The notes beneath the pieces are model-generated. The model did not search any database, was not told the DNA's origin, and saw only the letters and a list, made by a program, of their open reading frames with translations. DNA of 64,000 nucleotides from positions 910,590 through 974,589 of the forward strand of contig OZ271840.1 of the NCBI GenBank assembly GCA_965601735.1. The letters run 5' to 3'. Source of the stretch: Alphaproteobacteria bacterium. Its GTDB lineage: Bacteria > Pseudomonadota > Alphaproteobacteria > JBBDQX01. The position numbers and the translations under genes were made by a program. Shown here one piece after another: positions 47,844-57,710 of this stretch (position 1 is its first letter; the number at the start of each line of letters is the position of its first letter).

Positions 47844-48740
47844 GTGTCAGGCGATAGCAACCGCAACGACACAGCACCACCGTGCGGACCCTTAGGTGCT
47901 GGAAGGCGCGCTGCTCTGGAGAGTTTGCGTGCGGCAGGAGCCACAGCCGATGACGCGTTGGACCTCGGCGGCTGCGCACTAGCCCTGGGCGCACTAGATC
48001 GTCCAGGCGTCGCCTTGGATCGGTACGCTGCACACCTTGACAGCCTCGCGGTCGAAACTGCGGCGGAAGCGGGGCGGCTTGGCCTCGCAGATCAGGCCGC
48101 GTCGGACCGGCTGGCGCAGGCCCTACAGACGGTGCTGTGTGGTCACTATGGCTACACGGGAGACGACCAAACCTATGACGACCAGCAGAATGCGAATCTC
48201 TTGCGGGTCATCGACCGTCGCCGCGGCCTTCCGGTGGCGCTGGGCATTCTCTTCATTCATGCCGCGCGCGGCATGGGGTGTCACGCTGCCGGGCTGAATT
48301 TCCCGGGTCATTTCGTGATTCGACTCGACAGCGGGGGGCAACGCGCCATCGTCGATCCGTTCAACGGTGGCAAGCTGATCGAAGCACACGGGCTGCGAGA
48401 TATGCTCAAGACGATGGTGGGCAACGAGGCAGAGCTGGATCCTGGCCTCGTGGCGGAGGTCAGTGATCGTCAGGTCTTGTTGCGGCTGCAGAACAACATC
48501 AAGACGCGCTTTTTGCGTTCGGGTGACTTGACCAGGGCGCTGGAGATCCTTGAGCGCATGCTTCTTTTGGCCCCCCTCGAAACTGACCTCTGGCGCGAAG
48601 CAGGAATCCTCGACGCTCGGCTGGGAAACCTGTTGTCAGCAGTAGATCGGCTCGAACGTTATATGGCTACTGCGACCGACGAGCGCGGCCGCTACCGAAC
48701 CTCTATGCTGATCCAGGAGTTGCGCAACAGGTTGCATTGA
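47844..48740 (+). CDS. SirB1-like protein (transglutaminase-like N-domain plus TPR-like C-domain)
   Basis: ..[57 protein letters not shown].. is the UPF0162/SirB1 pattern. GTG start. Confidence 0.7.
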   Translation: MSGDSNRNDTAPPCGPLGAGRRAALESLRAAGATADDALDLGGCALALGALDRPGVALDRYAAHLDSLAVETAAEAGRLGLADQAASDRLAQALQTVLCGHYGYTGDDQTYDDQQNANLLRVIDRRRGLPVALGILFIHAARGMGCHAAGLNFPGHFVIRLDSGGQRAIVDPFNGGKLIEAHGLRDMLKTMVGNEAELDPGLVAEVSDRQVLLRLQNNIKTRFLRSGDLTRALEILERMLLLAPLETDLWREAGILDARLGNLLSAVDRLERYMATATDERGRYRTSMLIQELRNRLH

Positions 48741-48775
48741 CCGCTACCGCGCCGGGCCAATGGAAAGGAGCCCTC

Positions 48776-49741
48776 ATGAGCCTCGCCGTCGCCATTCAGA
48801 TGGATCCGATTGAGAGCATCGACATTGATGCCGACAGCACCTTTGCGCTGGCGCTGGAAGCGCAAAAGCGCGGCCATGCTCTCTTCCATTACCTACCTCA
48901 AGACCTGGTGTTTCGTGAGGATAGAGTCCGTGCCGCCGCCAGCCCCCTGCAAGTGCGTCGTGAGCCAGGCAACCACTTCACCTATGGCGCGCGCGAGTCT
49001 CTCGACCTAGCAGGCGTCGATGTGGTGCTGATGCGGCAAGATCCGCCGTTTGACATGGCCTATATCACCGCAACGCATTTACTGGAGCATGTGCACCCAG
49101 AAACGCTCGTCGTGAATGACCCGGTCCATGTCCGCAACGCGCCCGAAAAACTGTTCGTCACGCATTTCTCAGAGCTGATGCCGCCGACTCTGATCACCTC
49201 ATCGCGCGAGGAGATCGATGCGTTCCGGCGCGAACATGGCAGCATCATCCTAAAACCGCTCTTCGGCAATGGCGGTGCCGGCGTTTTTCACATTACGCCA
49301 GAAGACGAGAACATGAACGCGCTGCTGGAACTCTTCACCGAACTGTATCGCGAACCTATCATTGCGCAACTCTACCTTCCCGATGTGCGAGCCGGTGACA
49401 AACGGATTATCCTCGTCGATGGTGAAGCCGCCGGGGCCGTGAACCGTGTCCCGGCAGACGGCGAGGCTCGGTCAAACATGCATGTTGGCGGGCGCGCAGA
49501 GAAAGCCGAGCTCACTCCGAGAGACATAGAGATTTGTGAGGCCATAGGCCCAGCCCTCCGCGAGCGAGGCATGATCTTCGTCGGCATTGATGTGATCGGG
49601 GACTTCCTGACCGAGATCAACGTGACATCACCGACAGGCCTGCAAGAGATCGATCGCTTCGACGACGTCAATCTCGAAGCTCAGATCTGGGACGCGATTG
49701 AAGCGAAGGTAGCCAGCGCGCCGGACCGGCACAGCGCCTGA
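48776..49741 (+). CDS. gshB: Glutathione synthetase
   Basis: ..[26 protein letters not shown].., ..[20 protein letters not shown].., ATP-grasp ..[14 protein letters not shown].., ..EINVTSPTG... ATG 48776 preceded by AAAGGAG. Confidence 0.96.
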   Translation: MSLAVAIQMDPIESIDIDADSTFALALEAQKRGHALFHYLPQDLVFREDRVRAAASPLQVRREPGNHFTYGARESLDLAGVDVVLMRQDPPFDMAYITATHLLEHVHPETLVVNDPVHVRNAPEKLFVTHFSELMPPTLITSSREEIDAFRREHGSIILKPLFGNGGAGVFHITPEDENMNALLELFTELYREPIIAQLYLPDVRAGDKRIILVDGEAAGAVNRVPADGEARSNMHVGGRAEKAELTPRDIEICEAIGPALRERGMIFVGIDVIGDFLTEINVTSPTGLQEIDRFDDVNLEAQIWDAIEAKVASAPDRHSA

Positions 49742-49751
49742 ACAGGCTGCA

Positions 49752-51518
49752 CTAAATCGAATATCCGAACTCTTCGATGAACGGTTCAAGGGCTGCGGCA
49801 TCGGGCGCCAACCACGCCTGATAGCGCCGCCAGCGGCCTTTCGCCCGGGAATGCAGAGGCGCAGCCACCGCAGCGTAACTGGGCGTTGAGATCGACCGCC
49901 CAGCGATTTGCTCACGGTATTGAAGTATGGCTGGATCCCACGTCTCGCCGGTGAAGGTGACCAACCGCCGGGCGGTGCCGGCAAAGTCTTCGATGAGATC
50001 CTCGTAGCGGTACTCAATCCACGGCAGCGTCACCACGGCCCGATAATGCTGCCATAGGGACATCACCTCGCAGTAAAGCGCGACGGTATCTGCCCGGTTG
50101 AGAAAGGCCGCCATGGCGTCGTTAATCCGGAAGTCTTGCATGAAACAGCTCAGCACCACATCACGTGGATCGCGTAGGGCGACTATGACGCGAGCGTCCG
50201 GAAACAGCAGGTTTATCAGACCGATATCGACGAGGTTGAGAGGCAGCTTGTCGACCACCCGCCGCCCTGACAGCCCACCGGTCACGGCCTCTGCAGCGGC
50301 CAGGAAACGTGCCCGGCAGGCGTTAATTGCCTCTGCGGAGAGATCGGCTAGGCAATCCGGCAAGGACAGCGGCAGACCGGTGAGTGCGGTCCAATCCGCC
50401 TTTACTGCCTCGAGGGGGCTGTGCTCCCCTGTCGTGGCCAAACGCGGATGCGCAGCAAGGACCTGCTCGGCAAGCGTTGTACCCGATCGCGGGAACCCCA
50501 CGAAGAAGATGGGCCTTGCACCTTGGTCGACGCCGATCTGCTGGATAGCGAATTCAGATATGCGTTGGGTATTGAACCAGCTCCGGCATGCCGCAGCGTA
50601 GGCCATGAAGCGCTTCGCGTTGTGGCGACCACCGTCTTCATCGCGATGCAGGCTGTTCGCCTTCGAGAAAGCGTCGATTGCGGTATCCGGCTGATCCAGC
50701 CGGTCCAACACCTGTCCCAGCTCGGTCCAAACTGCGGCCTGTTGCAGCCGGGCCTTGCCGGGTGGACCAAGAACTGTTTGTCCCGATGTTGATAGCGCTT
50801 TACGAAGCGCTGCCTCTGCTGCATCCAGATTTCCAGCCCGGCGCAGAAGCCGGCCATTCAGCGTCAAAAGAGCCAAGTCTTCCGGGTAGCGCGAGAGAAG
50901 GTCATCGCAAACCTGCGCTGCCTCCTCGGTCCTATTTAGCAACTCCAACAGGCTGGCCTGAGAAAACTGGGCCCGGTCGGTGGCTGAACTGCCGACTGGC
51001 AGAGTTTTGATAAGCCGACGATAGAGGGCCTCGGCCTCCTCCAACCGGTCTTCCTCAAGCCGGGTCACGGCAAGGTTGTTGAGGATCGCTGGGTTGTCGG
51101 GATCAATCACCAGGCCGTTCTCGTAGGCTACGGCCGCCCGGCGGTGGGCAGCCAGCTTGCGCAACCCATCTCCGATCACGCCCCAGTCCCGCGCGCTTTT
51201 TGCAGTTGCCATTGCCGCGTCGAGATGGGCCCGAGACGCCGGGGTATCGCCGAGCATGCGCGCCGCCTCCGCCAAGCCGGCTCGCGCAATGACATCGTTT
51301 GGATCAGCCTCCAAGACTACGGCATAGCGACGCGCCGCTTCCTGCGGATCGCCGAGCGACAGCGACAGACCCGCACGCCGCCTCAGGAGGTCAGCGTTAT
51401 CTGGATCGGAGGAGAGCGCCTGATCCAGCTGCGCCGCGGCGACACCGTAGCGGCCAGCCAGCTCATGGGTCCGAACTTGCTCGAGAAGCGCCGAGTACTG
51501 CGGCGCGCTCCCGGCCAC
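49752..51518 (-). CDS. TPR-repeat protein fused to a sulfotransferase domain (intact PAPS-binding motifs)
   Basis: About 330 aa of TPR-like repeats, then ..FFVGFPRSGTTLAEQ.. (5'-phosphosulfate-binding loop, 50475..50498) and ..ALRDPRDVVLSCF.. (3'-phosphate-binding region). GTG start 4 nt after the upstream stop. No signal peptide. Confidence 0.82.
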   Translation of the reverse strand: MAGSAPQYSALLEQVRTHELAGRYGVAAAQLDQALSSDPDNADLLRRRAGLSLSLGDPQEAARRYAVVLEADPNDVIARAGLAEAARMLGDTPASRAHLDAAMATAKSARDWGVIGDGLRKLAAHRRAAVAYENGLVIDPDNPAILNNLAVTRLEEDRLEEAEALYRRLIKTLPVGSSATDRAQFSQASLLELLNRTEEAAQVCDDLLSRYPEDLALLTLNGRLLRRAGNLDAAEAALRKALSTSGQTVLGPPGKARLQQAAVWTELGQVLDRLDQPDTAIDAFSKANSLHRDEDGGRHNAKRFMAYAAACRSWFNTQRISEFAIQQIGVDQGARPIFFVGFPRSGTTLAEQVLAAHPRLATTGEHSPLEAVKADWTALTGLPLSLPDCLADLSAEAINACRARFLAAAEAVTGGLSGRRVVDKLPLNLVDIGLINLLFPDARVIVALRDPRDVVLSCFMQDFRINDAMAAFLNRADTVALYCEVMSLWQHYRAVVTLPWIEYRYEDLIEDFAGTARRLVTFTGETWDPAILQYREQIAGRSISTPSYAAVAAPLHSRAKGRWRRYQAWLAPDAAALEPFIEEFGYSI

Positions 51519-51522
51519 GGGG

Positions 51523-53184
51523 TTAACCCGGTTCGTAGCCGAACGCTTCGGCGTACGGCGCGAGCAGCGGCATCACCGGGTCCAGAAGGCCCTTATAGCG
51601 CCGCCAGGTGCCGGGCGGGCCGGCGACGGGCTCTCCCAATGCATCCATCTCGGAGTCGCGGTCCACACCCAAATCCTGCAGCAGCTGCTGAATCGACCTA
51701 CGGGGATCAGCGAATAGTGCTTCGTAACGCACCTCGTGCACCCGCAACCGCAGTAACGGTGCATAGTGCCGCCACAGGCCCATGACGTTGTCGTAAAGTG
51801 CTGCTGCGTGCTGCAAGTCGGCGAAATTCGCCGTCGCATCGCTGGGCCGAAACCGGGTGAAAAAACAGTTGAGCACGACGTCGCGCGGATCACGCATGAG
51901 CAGCACGACCCTCGCCGACGGTAAGACGGCGTTGACGAAACCAAGATCCGCAATATTGAGAGGCTGGGGATCTACCGCCGTGCCCTCACCCGCCGCCTCC
52001 ATGAATGCACTCCGGCATGCCGACGCAATCTCGGGCGTCAGCGCATCCAATCGGGCCGGATAATCTGGCCCGTCCCCGGTCTCCGCATTGAGTCGCGCAA
52101 GTGCTGCCGCCAAAGGCGCACGCTCCGCACCAACGTTCAAGCCAGCATGCCGTGTCAAGGCGCCCGTAATCTCAACTTCCCCGGAACACGGAAAGCCGGC
52201 GAGGAAGATGGGGCCATCGCTCCCGGCAGCCGAACCGCCGATATCTGCCAGTTCAGCCAGGCGGTCAGACGAAAAATAGTCTCGGCAGGCACGGACCCTG
52301 GCTATGAAGAGTTCCGGCTGTGAGGCCTGGTATCCTGGCGTCGCTGCCCGGCGGCGGTTGCCCTCCTCGAATGCTTCAAAAGCCAACCATGGCTTGTCGA
52401 GGGCATCGTATACCTGCCCAAGCTCGAACATGGCCTCGATGAGCGAGACCTCGGGCATGGTATCGCTGACAAGCTTCTTTAATTGATCCAGCGCCTCATC
52501 GAGCCGTCCGCGGCGACGCATCAACTGCGCCTCCAGCACCCGACCAGGCAAATGCCCCGGCGCGGCCTCCAGCAGTCGGCCAACCGCAGCCTCGGCATCC
52601 TCAATTCGGTCCTGGGCAGCCCGGAGATTGCCGAGGTTCCATAGGGCTTCGGCATTATCCGGCGCCGAGGCGACGGCGCGCTCCAGCATGTCGCCAGCCT
52701 CTTCGGTGCGGCCTGACACCTGAAGAAGAGCTCCCAGGTTCACAAGCGCGCCTGTGTGCTCCGGGGTCCGCGCCAGCGTTTCGCGATAGACGCGCTCGGC
52801 ATCAATGACCTTGCCTTGTGACTGCAGGGCACAACCAAGATTGAAGCGCGCCTCGGAGAAATCAGGATCAATCGCCAGGGCATTGCCGAAACTTTCAGCC
52901 GCCTCACCAGCGCGTCCCGACGCCATTTGGGCGTTGCCCAGACTGTTGTGGTAGCGCGGCTGCCTTCCGTCGAGGCGGACTGCTCGACTTGTCAGGGCGA
53001 GACCATCCGTCGCGCGGCCACGTTGAAGCGATAGGACCCCTGCCAAGTGGATCGCCTCTGCGCTTGCGGGGTCCTGGGCAATAATGCGGCGGTAGGCCTG
53101 CTCGGCCTCGTCAAAGCGTCCCTCCAGATGGAGTGCACGGGCCTCTTCGACAGTGAGGTCTGGGGATTCAGGGGAGTCGGTCAT
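51523..53184 (-). CDS. TPR-repeat protein fused to a sulfotransferase-like domain (degenerate PAPS-binding loop)
   Basis: Paralog of the downstream gene: TPRs, then ..FLAGFPCSGEVEITG.. (52174..52197) in place of PRSGTT. It retains ..LMRDPRDVVLNCF... Confidence 0.8.
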   Translation of the reverse strand: MTDSPESPDLTVEEARALHLEGRFDEAEQAYRRIIAQDPASAEAIHLAGVLSLQRGRATDGLALTSRAVRLDGRQPRYHNSLGNAQMASGRAGEAAESFGNALAIDPDFSEARFNLGCALQSQGKVIDAERVYRETLARTPEHTGALVNLGALLQVSGRTEEAGDMLERAVASAPDNAEALWNLGNLRAAQDRIEDAEAAVGRLLEAAPGHLPGRVLEAQLMRRRGRLDEALDQLKKLVSDTMPEVSLIEAMFELGQVYDALDKPWLAFEAFEEGNRRRAATPGYQASQPELFIARVRACRDYFSSDRLAELADIGGSAAGSDGPIFLAGFPCSGEVEITGALTRHAGLNVGAERAPLAAALARLNAETGDGPDYPARLDALTPEIASACRSAFMEAAGEGTAVDPQPLNIADLGFVNAVLPSARVVLLMRDPRDVVLNCFFTRFRPSDATANFADLQHAAALYDNVMGLWRHYAPLLRLRVHEVRYEALFADPRRSIQQLLQDLGVDRDSEMDALGEPVAGPPGTWRRYKGLLDPVMPLLAPYAEAFGYEPG

Positions 53185-53220
53185 GTTCTGCAGCCGCTAG
53201 AGAGTCGAACCGGGAGGAAA

Positions 53221-53736
53221 TCAGTCGATGAAGATCTCGTGCGCATAGCTTGCGCCATCGCTGATCGTGAGTTTGCGAAAGCCAAGCATCTTAGCGAGAT
53301 CAAGAAAGGTGTAGTCGACGGCAACACCAAGATCGCGAAAAAGCGGCGACGCGCGTGCAACACCGGTCATCTCGGCCAGCAGCGCGCGCGCTTGAAAGAG
53401 CGTGGATATGAAGCCTTGTTCAGTAGCGACAATGAGCATCTTTTCCGCGTCAGCGCCCTTCACGAACATGACATAGCCAGGTCGGTACGGACGTTGGCTC
53501 ATTTGCTGTGTGAAGCCGGTGACAAAGCCGATCCGCATGCCGCGTCCGGCATTCGGCATTGTCGGCGCACGCGCGACATATGTCTCGTTGGTGCCGGGGG
53601 GCGGATAGTAGTACCCGGCATGGCGGTCCCCACCGGCAGCCTTAGCCGCCGCGTTGGTCGCCTTTGGCTGTGTTTGTGCCAATGCAGGGACGGCCGCCAA
53701 TGCGGCGAACAAAAGGACGACCAGTACACGAGTCAT
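53221..53736 (-). CDS. Sec-exported protein of unknown function with N-terminal YYYPPPGTN motif
   Basis: Start at ATG 53736: MTRVLVVLLFAALAAVPALA|QTQ signal peptide, then ..GGDRHAGYYYPPPGTNETY.. (motif 53587..53616) and a domain of about 110 aa. Ends 36 nt upstream of the first TPR-sulfotransferase gene. Confidence 0.65.
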   Translation of the reverse strand: MTRVLVVLLFAALAAVPALAQTQPKATNAAAKAAGGDRHAGYYYPPPGTNETYVARAPTMPNAGRGMRIGFVTGFTQQMSQRPYRPGYVMFVKGADAEKMLIVATEQGFISTLFQARALLAEMTGVARASPLFRDLGVAVDYTFLDLAKMLGFRKLTISDGASYAHEIFID

Positions 53737-53894
53737 GCAGGGCTCCGGGGCGGTGTTCGCCGGCACTATAACCCGGCAGGCCCCCCGATCGACAGAAGGC
53801 TGGACCGCAAAGTTGCGGCGCTGTGCATGCGACGGCGCTAGACTAAGGATGTATCTACTTCAGTCACTGCCACCAGAAAGCGCATCTCTAAAGC

Positions 53895-55439
53895 ATGGTC
53901 GCCCGCATCCTAACGGTCGCCTTTCAGGGCATCGAAGTCCGGGACATTGATGTTCAGGTGCAGATGTCCTCGGGCCTGCCCGCCTTCACCATCGTCGGGC
54001 TGCCCGACAAAGCTGTCGCAGAGAGCCGCGAGCGCGTCCGTGCCGCCCTCCACGCGCTCGGTCTGTCCCTGCCGCCGAAACGAATCACGGTGAACCTCGC
54101 CCCCGCTGATCTGCAAAAGGAAGGCAGCCATTTCGACCTGCCGATCGCCTTGGGTCTGCTTGTGGCAATGGAAGCCGTGCCAAGTGACACCATTGATGGC
54201 TATTGCGCCATTGGCGAACTGGCGCTCGATGGTAGCCTCGCGCCGGTCACCGGCGCGTTGCCAGCGGCAGTTCATGCCAACGCCGGCGACCTTGGCCTGA
54301 TCTGTCCGGCCGCCCAGGGTGGCGAGGCGGCGTTTGCCGGCGAGATGGAGATCATCGCGGCGCCTACCCTGCTTTCCCTTCTCAATCACCTCAAGGGTAC
54401 GCAGGTGCTGAGCCCGCCGGAGCCGAAGCTGGCCGAGGACAACGACCCCTACCCCGATATGCGCGACATCAAGGGGCAGGAAACCGCCAAGCGGGCACTA
54501 GAAGTCGTTGCCGCCGGGGGGCACAACCTGCTGATGATCGGGCCACCGGGTTCAGGCAAGTCGATGCTGGCGGCGCGCTTGCCCGGCTTGTTGCCCCCGC
54601 TCTCTCCGCAGGAGGCACTTGAGGTCAGCATGGTCCACAGTTTGGCTGGCGCATTGAAAGACGGCGGGCTGACCCGGCAGCGGCCGTTTCGCGATCCGCA
54701 TCATTCTGCGTCCGTTGCCGCTCTTGTCGGTGGCGGCATGCGGGCACGGCCCGGCGAGGTCTCGCTGGCCCACAACGGGGTGCTTTTCCTGGATGAGCTG
54801 CCGGAGTATGCCCGGCAGGTTCTGGAAGCCCTGCGCCAGCCCCTGGAGGCCGGCCATGCGACGGTCGCGCGGGCGAATGCCCACGTCACCTACCCGGCGC
54901 GGGTGCAGTTGGTTGCGGCAATGAACCCCTGTGCCTGCGGCTATCTCGGCGACGCCGGGATGGAGTGCGGTCGTGCGCCCAAATGTGCGCTCGACTACCA
55001 GTCGCGCATTTCCGGCCCCCTGTTCGACCGCATCGACCTGCATGTTGACGTGCCTGCGGTGGACGTGGCCGACCTGTCCTTGCCGCCTGCGGCCGAGGGG
55101 TCGGACGCGGTCGCCGCGCGAGTCGCGGCGGCGCGCGCGGTGCAAGCGGCGCGTTATGCAGACGTAACCGTGGGCGGCAAACAGGTACGCGTTAACGCCG
55201 AAGCAGATGGCACGCTGCTGGAAGACGTCGCCTCCCCAGACGAGGCTGGCCGCGACCTGCTTATGCATGCAGCCGAGCGCATGCGCCTGTCTGCGCGCGG
55301 CTATCACAGGGTGCTGCGGGTGGCCCGAACCTTGGCGGACTTGTCCGGGCGGGATGCAGTTAGCCGCCTGCACATCGCTGAGGCGCTCAGCTACCGCCGT
55401 ATTGCGCCGGGCCGCGGGCTCACGGCGCAGATGGGTTAG
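53895..55439 (+). CDS. comM: YifB/ComM-family Mg-chelatase-like AAA+ ATPase
   Basis: ..AFQGIEVRDIDVQVQ...GLPAFTIVGLPD..V.ESRERV.., Walker A ..MIGPPGSGKSMLA.., ..GVLFLDELPE... Confidence 0.94.
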   Translation: MVARILTVAFQGIEVRDIDVQVQMSSGLPAFTIVGLPDKAVAESRERVRAALHALGLSLPPKRITVNLAPADLQKEGSHFDLPIALGLLVAMEAVPSDTIDGYCAIGELALDGSLAPVTGALPAAVHANAGDLGLICPAAQGGEAAFAGEMEIIAAPTLLSLLNHLKGTQVLSPPEPKLAEDNDPYPDMRDIKGQETAKRALEVVAAGGHNLLMIGPPGSGKSMLAARLPGLLPPLSPQEALEVSMVHSLAGALKDGGLTRQRPFRDPHHSASVAALVGGGMRARPGEVSLAHNGVLFLDELPEYARQVLEALRQPLEAGHATVARANAHVTYPARVQLVAAMNPCACGYLGDAGMECGRAPKCALDYQSRISGPLFDRIDLHVDVPAVDVADLSLPPAAEGSDAVAARVAAARAVQAARYADVTVGGKQVRVNAEADGTLLEDVASPDEAGRDLLMHAAERMRLSARGYHRVLRVARTLADLSGRDAVSRLHIAEALSYRRIAPGRGLTAQMG

Positions 55440-55802
55440 CTATCCTGTCGCCAACATCGGCCCTAGGCGACGGCCTCCAAAGATATGGAAATGCAGGTGG
55501 GGGACCTCTTGGCCGCCGTTTGTCCCCACATTCACCAAAGTGCGGTAGCCTTCCTTGGCAACGCCGAGTTGCCGGGCAACCTCACCCACGGCACGGATCA
55601 ATGCGGTGATCTCGTCGCTCGACGCATTGGCCGAGAAATCCTCCATCGAGATGTACTTCCCCTTCGGGATCACCAGGACATGGATTGGCGCCTTGGGATT
55701 GATGTCGTGGAAGGCGAGCGTGTGGTCGTCTTCATAGACTTTGTGGCAAGGAATCTCACCCCGAAGGATCTTGGCGAAGACATTCTCGTCGTCATAGGCC
55801 AT
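55440..55802 (-). CDS. HIT (histidine triad) family protein
   Basis: MAYDDENVFAKILRGEIPCHKVYEDD.. and the triad ..VPHLHFHIFGG... ATG 55802 lies 5 nt after the hisE stop. Confidence 0.9.
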   Translation of the reverse strand: MAYDDENVFAKILRGEIPCHKVYEDDHTLAFHDINPKAPIHVLVIPKGKYISMEDFSANASSDEITALIRAVGEVARQLGVAKEGYRTLVNVGTNGGQEVPHLHFHIFGGRRLGPMLATG

Positions 55803-55807
55803 CGGCC

Positions 55808-56191
55808 TTACCCCTTCTTTGTCCCACGCGTCTTTGTGTTGGAGGCGCGGCAACTGCGGGTCTTTCGGGCCTTCTTCTCGACAATGCCGGAGACGCCTTC
55901 GCGCGAGGCCAGTGCCGCCCAGACTTCCTGAGGCTTCACGCCAGCATCGGCCCACGCGACCAGTAAGTGATAGAGCAGGTCGGCACTCTCCTGGGCTAGA
56001 GCAGCGCGATCGCCACGCACCAGCTCGATCACCGCCTCAGTCGCTTCCTCGCCAAGCTTCTGGGCGATCTTCGGCGTACCCCGCTCGAACAATTTGGCCG
56101 TATAAGATTCGTCCGGGTTTGCTCCCCGCCGCGCCTCGATTGTCTCGTAGAGCGCCTCCAGTAGGGTCGCGTCGAATTGCTTCTTGGCCAT
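55808..56191 (-). CDS. hisE: Phosphoribosyl-ATP pyrophosphatase
   Basis: ..LYETIEARRGANPDESYTAKLFERG..KIAQKLGEEA.E..IE......L..ESADLLYHLLV... It has a basic C-terminal tail of about 20 aa. Confidence 0.92.
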   Translation of the reverse strand: MAKKQFDATLLEALYETIEARRGANPDESYTAKLFERGTPKIAQKLGEEATEAVIELVRGDRAALAQESADLLYHLLVAWADAGVKPQEVWAALASREGVSGIVEKKARKTRSCRASNTKTRGTKKG

Positions 56192-56205
56192 CGCTGCCGC
56201 CCCTC

Positions 56206-56976
56206 CTAAGCCGCCGATTCCAGGCGCACCGGGACGCCGCCGTCACGCATTGCCTGTTTCGCCTCGCGCACCGAATGGGTACCAAAATGAAAGATCGACG
56301 CGGCCAGCACCGCTGCAGCGTGGCCCTCAGTGGCGGCTTCCGCCAAATGATTGAGCGTGCCGGCACCTCCAGACGCGATCACCGGAATAGCGACTGCGTC
56401 CGCTACCTCTCGCGTCAGTGCGATATCGAAACCAGCCTTTGTGCCGTCGCGGTCCATCGAGGTCAGCAGGATTTCGCCTGCGCCGAGATCGGCCATCCGC
56501 CGCCCCCAGTCGATGGCATCGAGGCCGGTTTCCCGACGGCCGCCGTGGGTGAAAACCTCCCAACGCCGCTCCCCGATCCGTTTGGCGTCGATGGCGACGA
56601 CGATGCATTGGGTGCCAAACTTGCGCGATGCCTCGCCAACCAGTTCCGGCGTCGCGACGGCGGCGGTGTTGATCGACACCTTGTCGGCACCCGCCAACAG
56701 CAGCGCGCGGATATCCTCAACCTTGCGCACACCGCCGCCCACCGTGAGCGGCATGAAACACACCTCGGCCGTTCGCCGGACAACGTCAAAGATGATATCG
56801 CGGTTCTCATGGCTGGCGGTGATGTCCAAGAAGCAGAGTTCGTCAGCTCCTTCCGCATCGTAGACACGGGCCTGTTCCACGGGATCGCCGGCATCCACGA
56901 GGTCAACAAAGTTCACGCCCTTGACCACGCGGCCGTCCTTGACGTCCAGGCAAGGAATGATCCGTGTCTTCAGCAT
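56206..56976 (-). CDS. hisF: Imidazole glycerol phosphate synthase, cyclase subunit
   Basis: [23 protein letters not shown].., ..LTVGGGVR.., ..IASGGAG... Confidence 0.97.
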   Translation of the reverse strand: MLKTRIIPCLDVKDGRVVKGVNFVDLVDAGDPVEQARVYDAEGADELCFLDITASHENRDIIFDVVRRTAEVCFMPLTVGGGVRKVEDIRALLLAGADKVSINTAAVATPELVGEASRKFGTQCIVVAIDAKRIGERRWEVFTHGGRRETGLDAIDWGRRMADLGAGEILLTSMDRDGTKAGFDIALTREVADAVAIPVIASGGAGTLNHLAEAATEGHAAAVLAASIFHFGTHSVREAKQAMRDGGVPVRLESAA

Positions 56977-56978
56977 CG

Positions 56979-57710
56979 TCAGGTATCGCCTGCCGCGATG
57001 TCGACCGCCCGCTTAGGATCGATGCGGCCGTCATAGAGGGCACGGCCTGCAATCACCCCTGCTATGCCTGCCTCTTCGTGGCCTTTGAGCTCGACCAAAT
57101 CGTCGAGCGAGGACAACCCACCTGACGCGATCACTGGCGTGGTCAACGCCCAAGCCAAGTCTACGGTCGCCTCGATGTTGAGCCCGACCATCGCGCCGTC
57201 GCGGTTGACGTCCGTGTAGACAATTGCTGCGACGCCCGCGTCCTCGAATCGCAAGGCCAGGTCGAGCGCACGCACCTCTGACGTCTCGGCCCAGCCCTGA
57301 ACGGCGACCTTTCCTTCCCGGGCGTCAATGCCGACGACAATGCGCTCCGGGAAGTGCTTGCAGGCCTCGCGAACCAGATCGGGATCACGCAACGCCGCAG
57401 TACCCAAGATTACCCGGTTTACGCCGGCACCCAGCCAGTGCTCAATGGTGGCCATATCACGAATGCCGCCACCCAGCTGCACCGGGACGTCAACGGCGCC
57501 CAGAATCCCGGCGACGGCGGCATCGTTGACGGGGCGCCCCTCGAAGGCGCCGTTGAGATCGACGACATGCAACCAGTCAAAGCCAGCTTCGGCGAACTCA
57601 CGGCCCTGTTCAGCCGGATCAACGTTATAGACGGTCACTTCCGCCATATCGCCGCGCAGCAGACGCACACAACTACCGTCTTTCAGGTCGATGGCGGGAA
57701 ACACGATCAT
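56979..57710 (-). CDS. hisA: 1-(5-phosphoribosyl)-5-[(5-phosphoribosylamino)methylideneamino]imidazole-4-carboxamide isomerase
   Basis: [18 protein letters not shown].., ..LHVVDLNGA.., ..VQLGGGIR... ATG 57710 overlaps the upstream GNAT stop (ATGA). Confidence 0.96.
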   Translation of the reverse strand: MIVFPAIDLKDGSCVRLLRGDMAEVTVYNVDPAEQGREFAEAGFDWLHVVDLNGAFEGRPVNDAAVAGILGAVDVPVQLGGGIRDMATIEHWLGAGVNRVILGTAALRDPDLVREACKHFPERIVVGIDAREGKVAVQGWAETSEVRALDLALRFEDAGVAAIVYTDVNRDGAMVGLNIEATVDLAWALTTPVIASGGLSSLDDLVELKGHEEAGIAGVIAGRALYDGRIDPKRAVDIAAGDT

